This document shows, in pieces, positions 1-10,100 of a DNA stretch of 38,415 nt. Within the stretch, counting starts at the first letter, position 1. Every line of letters starts with the position of its first letter. Origin of the DNA: a virus. Its lineage: Duplodnaviria; Caudoviricetes. Made by a program: the position numbers and the translations under genes. The notes beneath the pieces are model-generated. The model worked only from the letters and a program-made list of their open reading frames with translations, made no database searches and had not been told where the DNA came from. The DNA is taken from positions 1 to 38,415 of the IMG/VR virus record IMGVR_UViG_3300029821_000151, one strand, 5' to 3'.

Positions 1-294
1 ATGCCTGTCAACGGAACAGGGAAAGTTCAGAATCGTGACCAAGCCACACCACTACCAAGGTTTTATCTGATTGAACACAGAAACAATCTGGGTTTATCGG
101 TTGAAGAAGTATCAAGAATGTTGAATCTCTCACACTATTACTATTACCAAATAGAAAGTGGTCGAAGGGGTCAAAAACTACCGATTCCACTCGTGTTAGA
201 ACTCATAAATGTTCTACAGATCGATGCGATCAAATTTCTAGAACTAGAAAGTGAACATGTAAAGAAACATAACGAATTCAATCGGATGAAGTAA
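1..294 (+). CDS. XRE/Cro-family helix-turn-helix transcriptional regulator
   Basis: Pattern LIEHRNNLGLSVEEVSRMLNLSHYYYYQIESGRR is typical of XRE HTH domains. The start is at the window edge. Confidence 0.85.
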   Translation: MPVNGTGKVQNRDQATPLPRFYLIEHRNNLGLSVEEVSRMLNLSHYYYYQIESGRRGQKLPIPLVLELINVLQIDAIKFLELESEHVKKHNEFNRMK

Positions 295-412
295 AAAAAG
301 ACGCCAAGCTTGTATTTGGGGTACAAACCTGGCCAGTAGAAAAGCGACCGCCCTTCTACAACTCCGATTATACAACGCAAATCAAATTATACAAACCATT
401 GAAAGGATAAAA

Positions 413-1333
413 ATGGACGACAAGGGCTTTTTTCGAGAGATAATCGATATTTATATACAGAGATTCGATATCAAAGAAAACACCAAGCGATCCTATGGGA
501 AGATGCTTGCCCAGTTCGCTGAGTTCGCTGATGGCTTGCCTAACCTACCAACCAGGCAAGATGTCATGGCTTATCGTGAACAACTGAAGTCCAGATTGAG
601 AGCTGCATCCGTTCAAAAACACATCGTAGTGATAAGGGGATTTTATCGATGGTACTACATTGAGGGATTTGGACCTAATGCAGCTGAAGGTGTAAAAGGT
701 ATGAAGATTGAATCCGACTTTAAGAGGGAATCACTTTCACTTGAAGCGGCCATAAAACTATTAAACAGAGCGAAACGCTATGCGAGTAAGAGCATCATTG
801 GAAAAAGAGATCATGCTCTGATCGCGCTATTATTAACAACCGGATTAAGAACAATTGAAGTGGAAAGAGCAGATGTGGATGATATCAGCTTCGTTGATGA
901 AACCAAGGTGTTATACATCATGGGTAAAGGTCACGATGAGAAAGATGCGTATGTCAAACTCTCTCCAGAAGTGTATGGCTTGATTGAAGAATATTTGATC
1001 GAGCGACAAGATGAATACAAACCACTCTTCATTAATCATACGAAACCCTATCAGGGAACCAGACTTAGGACACGAATGATTAGTATGGTGGTTAAAGAAA
1101 TGCTTAGAGATATCGGGATCGATGATCCCAAGTATTCTGCCCATAGCCTTAGGCATACAGCAGCTTCTTTAGCGCTGGACTTGGGTGGAGATTTAGATGC
1201 AGCACAGCAATTAATGCGTCACAAAGACATATCTACCACGAAGATTTATGCTCACCGATTGAGCAAAGCTAAGAACCATCTTGAGTGGCAGATAAGCACA
1301 GCACTATTCCAAACTACCAAAAAGAAAAAATGA
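413..1333 (+). CDS. Tyrosine recombinase/integrase (XerC/D-like, 306 aa)
   Basis: Complete catalytic set: GLRTIE (R), GKG (K), HSLRH (HxxR), MRH (H), TKIYAH (Y). RBS AAAGGA upstream. Confidence 0.93.
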   Translation: MDDKGFFREIIDIYIQRFDIKENTKRSYGKMLAQFAEFADGLPNLPTRQDVMAYREQLKSRLRAASVQKHIVVIRGFYRWYYIEGFGPNAAEGVKGMKIESDFKRESLSLEAAIKLLNRAKRYASKSIIGKRDHALIALLLTTGLRTIEVERADVDDISFVDETKVLYIMGKGHDEKDAYVKLSPEVYGLIEEYLIERQDEYKPLFINHTKPYQGTRLRTRMISMVVKEMLRDIGIDDPKYSAHSLRHTAASLALDLGGDLDAAQQLMRHKDISTTKIYAHRLSKAKNHLEWQISTALFQTTKKKK

Positions 1334-1344
1334 AGGGAAACCCT

Positions 1345-2088
1345 ATGATTAGAGAGTTTGAACACAATGCCTATGGCAAAGTTCGTGCCACGATAGTGGA
1401 TGATGAACCTTGCTTCAACCTGAAGGATCTCTGTCGCATGTTTGAGATTAAAAGCGTATCAGAAGTCCGGACCAAACTGAACGACACCAGTATAAAGCTT
1501 GTGAGCGTTCCTCACGATAAAACACACCAAAATATGTTCTTTGTTACAGCAGACCACCTATCCACCATATTCTTCCAATCCAAGCGCAAAGACGCAGAAG
1601 TGATTGGAGATTGGTTATATCGCACTGTATTACCTCAGCTCATACGTTATGGCATCTATCAGATTGAGGATTTTGAGAATCCAGATAAAATTATCGAATT
1701 CCTGGATGAGTTTCAAGAACTGAAAGTCAGAGCGAACGTCCTCGAAACTACACTCAAGATGAACACTCCAAAGATAAAAGCCATTGATAATCTATTAGGT
1801 ACTACGAGTTGTGTGGATCTAGATATGGTTCATGAAGTCATTCGCTTCAAGAATATCGGTAGAGATGTCTTATTGAAAATTCTAAGAACCGCTCATGTTT
1901 TAGATGAACAGAACATACCATTTCAAGACTTCTGTGATAAGAAGTATTTCAGAGTTGTAGAAGCGAAAGTAGTATCGGGTGGAACAGTTATCAAATCAAC
2001 CAAAACATACGTCTATAAAGGCGGAATTACATTCATCGAAAGGATCCTAAAAGAATACGATGGAAACAAACAACGGAAAGAAAAATGA
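1345..2088 (+). CDS. Phage antirepressor (BRO-N domain plus KilAC-like C-terminus)
   Basis: N-terminus FEHNAYGKVRATIVDDEPCFNLKDLC and WLYRTVLPQLIRYG are BRO-N-like; C-terminus IGRDVLLKILR...KYFRVVE...TYVYKGGITFI is KilAC-like. Start chosen at ATG 1345 after GAAGGGA; ATG 1330 is an alternative. Confidence 0.85.
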   Translation: MIREFEHNAYGKVRATIVDDEPCFNLKDLCRMFEIKSVSEVRTKLNDTSIKLVSVPHDKTHQNMFFVTADHLSTIFFQSKRKDAEVIGDWLYRTVLPQLIRYGIYQIEDFENPDKIIEFLDEFQELKVRANVLETTLKMNTPKIKAIDNLLGTTSCVDLDMVHEVIRFKNIGRDVLLKILRTAHVLDEQNIPFQDFCDKKYFRVVEAKVVSGGTVIKSTKTYVYKGGITFIERILKEYDGNKQRKEK

Positions 2089-2251
2089 GAATGTCTATAA
2101 CATCAATGAGTTACAAGAAATACTACAAGTCAAAAGACCGACACTTTTAAAGTATATCAAGACCAAGAAAATCAAAGCTTTCAAGGTTGGAAACCAATGG
2201 CGAGTGACTCAAGAACACTTAGATGAATTCATTCTACGAAACATGAAGTAA
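2060..2251 (+). CDS. Excisionase-like / MerR-type HTH DNA-binding protein
   Basis: 63 aa, VYNINELQEILQVKRPTLLKYIKTKKIKAFKVGNQWRV matches the HTH_17/Xis pattern. Confidence 0.85.
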   Translation: METNNGKKNENVYNINELQEILQVKRPTLLKYIKTKKIKAFKVGNQWRVTQEHLDEFILRNMK

Positions 2252-2259
2252 AGGCAATT

Positions 2260-2370
2260 GTTAGCTGCTTCACACTTACCGATAATGCTTGTGAACAGTA
2301 ATGTGAACTATGTGTCAACATACTGTGAATAGTGTATCAAGTATGCGTGAAGTGGCTTTCAAGTGTCATT
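2260..2370. repeat. Non-coding element copy A: palindromic head plus seven phased units (11-bp period)
   Basis: SAA cores at 2293, 2305, 2316, 2327, 2338, 2349, 2360. Core 2276-2311 matches 11858-11893 at 32/36 positions. Confidence 0.85.
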
Positions 2371-2425
2371 TAGTAAAAGCCCTTATTGGGCGGTTTTTAA
2401 CTATACCTAGGGAAGGGAATAACTC

Positions 2426-3352
2426 ATGGCACGACCATTCAAACAAGGCTTACAATACTTTCCTCTCGATGTGAATATTTTTGAAGATGAAAAGATACAG
2501 GATCTCAATCTCGCTTTTGGTTATTTAGGTGAAATCATCTACATAAGGTTGCTCTCGATGATATACGCCAATGGATACTATTTGGAAAAATCAATTGCTT
2601 CACTCGCAAGAACGCTCATGAAAAGCATCGGTGCGAACTGGACACCAAACCCAATCGACATTGAAGAAGTAATTGTCTATTGTGGGAAAGTGGGATTATT
2701 TAATTACGATCTACTCAAAGAAGATGTGATCACATCAAAATCGATTCAAAAACAGTTCATTTTATCTACCAGAAGAAGAAAGAATACCGGTCAGGATAAA
2801 TACTGGTTACTAGATGAAAAAACGATGTTGGAACTAAGCATTTTTAACAAAACATCAAAAAACATTAATGTAGACAATAATGGAGATATTGATAACACAA
2901 ATGGCGTTATTGGTAGCAATAATCAAGTTAATGCAGACAATAACCGAATTAATGTCGACAAAAGTACACAAAAAGAAAAAGAAAAGAAAAAAGAAAGAAA
3001 AATTGATAAAGAGGATAAAGAAGATAAAGGGCCATACGGCCTCCCTAAATTACATTTTATTACCAATTCTTTAATCAAAAACAAATACATCGATGAGTCA
3101 TCTCTTGACATCATCAAATTTAATATCTTGTTTGAAGATTTAATCCATGGGTATGGTTTTGAAGATGTCTTATCAGCAGTTGATTATGTGGTTAAGTATT
3201 CTAAGAACCCTAATCCACCCATTGAAGATAAATTCGCATTCATGAGAGAATCAGTTCAAACAAATTTAAAGCAATTTGAACACAGGAGGAAAACAGCCAA
3301 TGAGTCATTCGAATCGTGGATTAAACGAACCCTTTTACAAGTGGATAGATGA
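2426..3352 (+). CDS. Phage replication initiator (DUF4373 / Lin1244-like N-terminus)
   Basis: MARPFKQGLQYFPLDVNIFEDEKI...YIRLLSMIYANGYY...TSKSIQKQF N-terminus, Asn-rich 7-aa repeat linker followed by a Lys/Glu-rich stretch, as in lambda O-like initiators. Confidence 0.8.
   Translation: MARPFKQGLQYFPLDVNIFEDEKIQDLNLAFGYLGEIIYIRLLSMIYANGYYLEKSIASLARTLMKSIGANWTPNPIDIEEVIVYCGKVGLFNYDLLKEDVITSKSIQKQFILSTRRRKNTGQDKYWLLDEKTMLELSIFNKTSKNINVDNNGDIDNTNGVIGSNNQVNADNNRINVDKSTQKEKEKKKERKIDKEDKEDKGPYGLPKLHFITNSLIKNKYIDESSLDIIKFNILFEDLIHGYGFEDVLSAVDYVVKYSKNPNPPIEDKFAFMRESVQTNLKQFEHRRKTANESFESWIKRTLLQVDR
2865..3010. repeat. Putative phage origin: five 21-bp iterons inside the initiator gene followed by an A-rich tract
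   Basis: Units at 2865 TTAATGTAGACAATAA, 2886 ATATTGATAACACAAA, 2907 TTATTGGTAGCAATAA, 2928 TTAATGCAGACAATAA, 2949 TTAATGTCGACAAAAG (exact 21-bp spacing), then AAAAGAAAAAGAAAAG. Confidence 0.65.
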
Positions 3353-3755
3353 TGTGAGAAGAGCGATGAGAAAAGAAAAAGAACTCCAGGAAAAACTAGA
3401 ATTCTATAACATGAAGCTAATTGGGTATAAAGGTGTATCTTATGATCGGATTGGATCATCTGGATCACGTTCTTCTGGAGATAGTGAATTGTTGTATTGG
3501 ATTGATAAAATAGATCAAATAGAAAAAGCTAAGATTACAAACTATGTTGTAATTAAAGGATATGAAGATTTCTTAACTCTAATTACACAGTTAGAACAAA
3601 AATTTATGGTTCAATACATCCAAAACTGTATACTTCAAAATATGAGCAAACATGAATGCAATTCTACTAAAACGAGAATAATCCATAAGTGGTTCTTAAA
3701 TGATAAAACGTGTTATTTTGAAATTGATACAAAAAGCATTGACAACGGTGTGTAG
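3300..3755 (+). CDS. Phage protein, possibly RinA/ArpU-like late transcriptional regulator
   Basis: Strong RBS AGGAGGA before ATG 3300. Coiled helix, then KGVSYDRIGSSG linker, then helix, in the position after the replication gene. C-terminal HTH not clearly recognisable. Confidence 0.5.
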   Translation: MSHSNRGLNEPFYKWIDDVRRAMRKEKELQEKLEFYNMKLIGYKGVSYDRIGSSGSRSSGDSELLYWIDKIDQIEKAKITNYVVIKGYEDFLTLITQLEQKFMVQYIQNCILQNMSKHECNSTKTRIIHKWFLNDKTCYFEIDTKSIDNGV

Positions 3756-3768
3756 TTGGTGATAAAAT
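3739..3768 (+). promoter_or_regulatory. Sigma70-type promoter for the R-M operon
   Basis: TTGACA (3739-3744), 18-nt spacer, TG-n extended -10, TAAAAT (3763-3768). Confidence 0.65.
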
Positions 3769-3812
3769 AAAAATGTAGAATGTATCAATAGCGAAATAAC
3801 AAGAAAGAAGGT

Positions 3813-4412
3813 GTGAGTGTGCTTAAGATTCCAATCGGTGAACTATCAGAAGTAATGGTTGGATTAGTATTGAAACGAAAAGAAGCGGAAATCGATCAAG
3901 GCAAAATATATCATTATCGATCATTGACTATGAAGTCATTCAATTCGGAAGGATGGATTGATCAAAACTACCTTGACACCTTTGAGGGTAGTGAACATTT
4001 GAGTGATCGATATTTGTGTCTAGAAAATGATGTTGTTATCAAATTAACACCACCGTATACTGCAGTAGGAATTGATAAAGATTTATCGGGATGTGTTGTT
4101 CCATCGCAATTTGCAATAGTAAGATGTAACACGAAAATTGTGAATCCATACTATCTATCACTTTATTTAAATAGTACACGAGTGAAAAAGCTAATTTCCC
4201 TTGGTGCAACTGGGATAACAGTTCCAATGCTTAAGACTGGAACGTTGCGAAATATAGAAGTTCCAATTCCAACAGCTGAAAAGCAATATAAAGTTGCTGA
4301 GATTGGGAAGCTAGTTGTTCAAGAAAGACATTTGCTGTATAAGCTAATATCTGCAAAAGAAAAATACTATGAAGCCCTAACTGAGGCTTTAACAATGGAG
4401 GAAGAAAAATGA
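3813..4412 (+). CDS. Half-size type I restriction specificity subunit-like protein (single TRD)
   Basis: 199 aa with IGELSEVMVG, ENDVVIKL, PYYLSLYLNS, GITVPMLKTGTLRNIEVPIPTAEKQYKVAEI, i.e. one HsdS half. Overlaps the hsdM start. Confidence 0.75.
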   Translation: MSVLKIPIGELSEVMVGLVLKRKEAEIDQGKIYHYRSLTMKSFNSEGWIDQNYLDTFEGSEHLSDRYLCLENDVVIKLTPPYTAVGIDKDLSGCVVPSQFAIVRCNTKIVNPYYLSLYLNSTRVKKLISLGATGITVPMLKTGTLRNIEVPIPTAEKQYKVAEIGKLVVQERHLLYKLISAKEKYYEALTEALTMEEEK

Positions 4413-5938
4413 TGAACGAAAAGAAATGGACCCAAGACGAAGTAAATCAGTCATTATGGAGAGCGTGTGACACATTCAGAGGAAAGATTGATTCCTCACT
4501 ATACAAGGATTATATTCTAGTAATGCTATTCGTTAAATACCTAAGTGATATTTACAAAGAGCATAAAGAAGCATTGGTTATCAAATATAAGGGTGATCTT
4601 CAGATGGTCGAAAGACAAATGCGATATGAGCGTTTTGTTCTAAATGAACACGCATCCTTTGACTATATTTATGACAAAAGAACTGCAACAAATATAGGCG
4701 AAATTATAAATAAGGCTTTGGCAGATATTGAAGAAGAGAATAAAGCTAAACTACGAGGTGTATTCAGAAACATTGACTTTAATTCAGAAATTGTGTTAGG
4801 ACAAACCAAAGAACGTAATGCAATGTTAAAGACGTTACTAGAAGATTTTTATCGAATTGATTTAAGACCATCGAGATTGATTGGTGAAGATATAATTGGA
4901 AATTCTTATGAGTACTTAATCTCAAACTTTGCCTCAGATGCTGGTAAAAAAGGAGGAGAATTCTTCACCCCTTCAATGGTTTCAGAACTATTAGCGAGGT
5001 TAGTCCAACCTAAAGATAATGATCGTATATATGATCCAACTTGTGGGTCAGGATCGCTACTTATTCGTGCGTTCAATAAGGTTCCTTCAAAAAAAGCTCA
5101 GATTTATGGACAAGAAAGGAATGGACAAACTCATTCACTTGCTCGAATGAATATGTTTCTTCACCAAATCGATGATGCTAAAATAGCATGGGGGGATACG
5201 CTAGCCAATCCGTTGCATTTAGAAAATGACAAACTTATGAAGTTTCAAGTTATAGTTGCTAATCCGCCTTTTTCACTTGATAAATGGGCTATGGGATTTG
5301 CTGGTGAATCAAATGGAGACTTTAAAATGGAAGAAGGTCTTGATCCATATAAGAGATTTTCATGGGGTGTACCCCCTACTTCAAAAGGTGACTATGCATT
5401 TATCTTGCACATGCTAAATTCTCTTTCCGAAGGTGGAAGAATGGGTGTTGTTCTCCCACATGGAGTCTTATTTAGAGGAGGCAGTGAAGGGAAAGTAAGA
5501 CAAAAAATAATAGAAATGAATTTGCTTGATGCGGTTATTGGTTTGCCAGCAAATTTATTTTATGGTGTAGGAATTCCAGCTGTTATTTTGATTTTTAAAC
5601 AAAATAGAAATCACAATGAAATTCTCTTTATTGATGCATCTCAAGAGGGTATGTATGAAAAAGACAAGAACCAAAATAAGCTAACAGAAAAGGATCTTGT
5701 TCGTATAACAGAAGCTTACTCAAATTATAATGTATCAGAAAAATTCACATATCTTGCCTCATTAAAAGAGATCAAAGAAAATGAATTTAATCTGAATATA
5801 CCAAGATATGTGAATACTTTTGAAGAAGAAGAGATGATTGATTTAGATGAAGTTAAAGAAAATATACAAACTCTGAAAGATGAATTAGTTGAAATTGAAT
5901 CAAGAATGAAGAAGTATCTAGATGAGTTGGGGATATAA
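4409..5938 (+). CDS. hsdM: Type I restriction-modification methyltransferase subunit M (N6-adenine)
   Basis: LWRACDTFRG N-terminus, GEFFTP, motif I YDPTCGSGSLL, motif IV VANPPFS, LPHGVLFRGG, FNLNIPRYV. Confidence 0.97.
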   Translation: MMNEKKWTQDEVNQSLWRACDTFRGKIDSSLYKDYILVMLFVKYLSDIYKEHKEALVIKYKGDLQMVERQMRYERFVLNEHASFDYIYDKRTATNIGEIINKALADIEEENKAKLRGVFRNIDFNSEIVLGQTKERNAMLKTLLEDFYRIDLRPSRLIGEDIIGNSYEYLISNFASDAGKKGGEFFTPSMVSELLARLVQPKDNDRIYDPTCGSGSLLIRAFNKVPSKKAQIYGQERNGQTHSLARMNMFLHQIDDAKIAWGDTLANPLHLENDKLMKFQVIVANPPFSLDKWAMGFAGESNGDFKMEEGLDPYKRFSWGVPPTSKGDYAFILHMLNSLSEGGRMGVVLPHGVLFRGGSEGKVRQKIIEMNLLDAVIGLPANLFYGVGIPAVILIFKQNRNHNEILFIDASQEGMYEKDKNQNKLTEKDLVRITEAYSNYNVSEKFTYLASLKEIKENEFNLNIPRYVNTFEEEEMIDLDEVKENIQTLKDELVEIESRMKKYLDELGI

Positions 5939-5941
5939 GAT

Positions 5942-7093
5942 ATGGATCAATGGAAAGAATATCAATATGGCGATATTGTTACAATTAAGTCCAGTAGGAT
6001 TAACCCAGAAAAGCATTCGGGAATAAAATGTATTGAATTAGAGCATATATCTCAAGGATCCGGTGAAATTTTAGGATGGATTGAGGTAAGCGAGCAAAAA
6101 AGCACAAAAAACGTATTTGAAAGTGGTCAGGTTTTGTTTGGAAAACTTAGACCTTACTTGCGAAAATTTGCTCAACCAAATTTTGATGGAGTATGTTCAT
6201 CAGAAATATGGGTGATGAATTCAAAATGTAATGTTTTAATGAATGATTATTTATATTTCATCGTACAAAGCAATCAATTTATCGATCTTGCAAACAATTC
6301 AACAGGATCCAAAATGCCAAGAGCAGATTGGAGTTATATCCAAGAAAAAACAACGAAAATACCTTCATTATTTGAGCAGACAAAGATTGTTGAAATATTA
6401 TCTACTTGGGATGAAGCGTTAACAACAGTGGATCAATTGATAAGATATGCAGAAGAAGAATACATAGCATTAGCGAATAGATTGTTAACACAAAAAAATA
6501 GGTTTTCGTTATTTAAAAAGGATTGGTCTGATGTGAAATTTGGTGAGATTGTGAAAGAAGTATCTGAAAAAACAGTTGAGCACAATCAGCATCCAGTCTT
6601 GACGTCATCACGTAAAGGTATATTTCTTCAAGAGGAATACTTTCAGAAAAGTGTATCTAGTAAAGATAACACTGGATATAAAATCATAAAAAAAGGGCAA
6701 TTTACATTTAGGGCAATGAGTGATGACGGTGCCTTTAAGTTTAACAGACTTGAAGAACATGAAATAGGCATAGTGAGTCCAGCGTATTCAGTATTTAAAG
6801 CAATTAATATTGAACCAAGATTTCTTAATATATATATGAACAGTCATATATTTACAAGGGAAATTGGAAAGGCCTCTCAAGGTGGCACTAGATTATCATT
6901 AAAATTTAATGCATTAGCTCAATTTACATTGCGCATACCAAATAATGAAGAACAAATTATGATTTCAGATGCTTGTGAAGTTTTTCAGAAAAAAAGGGAA
7001 CTACTTTTATCATATCGAGAACAACTATTCATCCAAAAACAAGGACTTTTAGCACAGCTTCTCACCGGAAGACTTCGAGTCGCTGTATCTTAA
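5942..7093 (+). CDS. hsdS: Type I restriction-modification specificity subunit S
   Basis: Two TRDs (FGKLRPYLRK...GSKMPRADW; GIVSPAYSVF) with conserved IPSLFEQTKI, IPNNEEQ and KQGLLAQLLTGRLRV. Confidence 0.95.
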   Translation: MDQWKEYQYGDIVTIKSSRINPEKHSGIKCIELEHISQGSGEILGWIEVSEQKSTKNVFESGQVLFGKLRPYLRKFAQPNFDGVCSSEIWVMNSKCNVLMNDYLYFIVQSNQFIDLANNSTGSKMPRADWSYIQEKTTKIPSLFEQTKIVEILSTWDEALTTVDQLIRYAEEEYIALANRLLTQKNRFSLFKKDWSDVKFGEIVKEVSEKTVEHNQHPVLTSSRKGIFLQEEYFQKSVSSKDNTGYKIIKKGQFTFRAMSDDGAFKFNRLEEHEIGIVSPAYSVFKAINIEPRFLNIYMNSHIFTREIGKASQGGTRLSLKFNALAQFTLRIPNNEEQIMISDACEVFQKKRELLLSYREQLFIQKQGLLAQLLTGRLRVAVS

Positions 7094-7106
7094 TGGAGGA
7101 AAATAA

Positions 7107-10100
7107 ATGAATGACAATGAATATAACGAGTTAAATATATCCCAGAAACCAGCTCTAGAAGTACTTGAAAAACTCGGGTATGTTTTGCTTCCAATTGAAG
7201 AAGCTGAACGAAATAGAGGTAGCAAATATGCTGTTCTACTTCGAGATATCTTGAAAGCTCAACTCAAAAAGATTAACGAATTTGAGTATCGAGGGAAAAG
7301 AAATCATTTTTCTGACAAAAATATAGAACAAGCAATCCTTGATATTGATGAAGCATTATCTGACGGATTACTGAAAACCAATGAAAAGATATATAATACA
7401 TTGCTATTGGGTAGAAGCTATCCTGAAGTTGTGTCTCTTGAAGATGGTTCACGCTCATTTAACTTAAATTTCATAGACTGGAGCCATCCAGAAAACAATA
7501 TTTTTCACGTTGTAGAAGAATTTAGTGTTGAACGTGAGGATGGGCAAGGAAATGTCCGACCTGATGTTGTTTTGTTTATTAATGGCATTCCATTTGCTGT
7601 AATAGAGTTTAAAAAGGCATCTTTAACAATATCTCAAGGTATCAGTCAGATGATTCGTAATCAGGGACAAAACTACATACCACAGCTCTTTAAGTTTGTG
7701 CAAATTGTTATGTCTGCAAACAAGAATGAGACTCAATATGCAACAACTGGAACTCCAGCGAAATTTTGGCAAACCTGGAAAGAAGAAGCTGATTCTGAAG
7801 AAAATGATTGGTATAAATCAGAAGTTGAAAGAGCTATTCCAGATAGAATTCCAACCAATCAAGATCAAAATATAGTATCTCTCTTTCATCCTGAACGTGT
7901 TTTAGACATGATACGGTTTTTTACAGTTTTTGATAAGAATGATAAGAAAATTGCTAGATATCAGCAGTACTTTGCAATTAAAGAGATAGTTAAAACCATT
8001 AATGAAACAGACAGAGAAGGGAATCGTCAATCTGGGGTAATTTGGCATACACAAGGGTCTGGTAAGTCGCTAACTATGGTGATGTTAGCAAAATATCTCT
8101 TATCTGAGCTCGCTTCATTACATCCTCAAATAGTGGTTGTTACTGACCGTATTGAACTAGACTCTCAAATTCATAAGACGTTTAACCATTCACGTGTAAA
8201 AGCAGCTAGAGCAAATAGTGGCAAGCATCTTGTTGAATTGATCCATAAAAAGAGTGTAGATGTAATAACGTCATTGGTGCATAAATTTGATACTGCTTCA
8301 AAAAATCATACAATAGTGAAGAACAAGAATGTATTTGTTCTTGTAGATGAATCACATCGTACTCAATATGGAGAACTTCATACTAAGATGAAACAAGTGT
8401 TCCCAAATGCTTGTTATTTAGGATTTACTGGTACTCCACTTATGAAGGATGAAAAGAATACTATGTCCAAGTTTGGTCGTTTAATACACAAATACACGAT
8501 TAAAGATGGAGTGGATGATAAAACTATTGTTCCATTATTATATGAAGGCCGAATGGTAGAACAAACTGTAAATCGTACTGCAATTGACAATCGTCTAGAA
8601 ATGATCACTCGAAATCTAAATAAGAAGCAAGCAGAGATGCTTAAACAGAAGTGGAGTCATTTTGAAAAGATAGCTTCTTCAGAACAACGTATTCGATTGA
8701 TTGCTGATGATATCTATTCACACTTTTCACAATTCTATAAAGGCACACAATTCAATGCTATGCTAGCAACAAACTCAAAATTCGATGCGATTCGCTACAA
8801 AGAAGCATTTGATGAATATGGTGATATTAAAACTTCTGTTGTAATTTCAGCTCCGGATATGCGTGAGGGTAGTGACGAAGTTGATGGGGAACCCAATGAC
8901 CGCGTCATTAAGTATTGGAAAAAACAAATGGATTCATATGGTGATCCTGCAAAATATGAAGAACATATCAAGAGTGAGTTTGTTGACGGTGACGAAGTTG
9001 AGATATTAATTGTTGTTGATAAATTACTTACCGGTTTTGATGCTCCGAGAGCATCCGTTTTATATGTTGATAAGCCAATAAAGGAACACACATTATTACA
9101 AGCAATTGCGAGAGTAAATCGCATCTATGAAGGTAAGGATTTTGGTTTGATTGTAGATTATCGCGGACTCCTTCAACCATTAGATGAAGCTCTTCAAATG
9201 TACTCCGGAGCTGGACTAGAGAAATATGATGGTAAGGATATCGAAGGAGCCTTAGTTGATGTTGTTTCGATATCAGGTAAATTAAGAGAAGCTTATAGCC
9301 ACTTAGTATCCATATTCAAAGAAGTGAAAAACAAAAAGGATCGTGAAGAATATGAGCTGTTATTATCTGATGATCATATTAGAGAAGATTTTTACAATCA
9401 GCTCTCATTATTCGGTAAGTATCTAGTTATTGCATTCGAATCAGTGCACCTATACAATGCTTTAGGTGAAGTAGAAATCAGCCAATATAAGAAGGATCTC
9501 AAATATTATCAAGAGTTGCGTGCGACAGTAAAACTACGCTATTCTGATTCTATTGACCATAAAGAATACGAAGTAAAAATGCGGAACTTGATGGATACTT
9601 ACATCGCTGCTGAAGAAGTTATCCGTATTTCTGCACCGGTTGATATACTAAATGAAAAAGATTTCGAAGAAGAAATGACCAAACTAGGGTCATCACGTGC
9701 AAAAGCTGATGCCATTCGCACGAGAATGACACAACGAATCCACGAAAAGTATGACGAGAACCCTTCCTTCTACAAAAAATTCTCTGAGCGAATCCAAGAA
9801 ATTATTGATGAATACAAGCAAAAACGTATTTCTGATGCAGAATACTTACAGCACATGGAAACCATTAAAAACGATTTTAGAAGAGGATATAGCGGAACTA
9901 CTTATCCGAAGAAGATCAAACATAATACCCATGCTCAAGCCTTCTTTGGAGTTATCAAAGATATTCTATCAACTGAAGATTTTGCAAAAGATATGGAACG
10001 GGATGAAGACTACAATGATTTACTTGCAGATATGTCAATTCAAATGAACGAGATTATTGATCGAAACAGTAAGGTTGACTGGCATGACAATCCAGATGTT

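Noticed and set aside
2260-2370. Phased array as a CRISPR or guide-RNA array
   Set aside because: Units are only 11 bp and degenerate, with no repeat-spacer structure, and no cas or RNA-guided effector gene is in the window.
3813-7093. Phase-variable hsdS shufflon driven by the tyrosine recombinase
   Set aside because: Both S genes are co-oriented and I found no shared nucleotide repeats or inverted sites between them.
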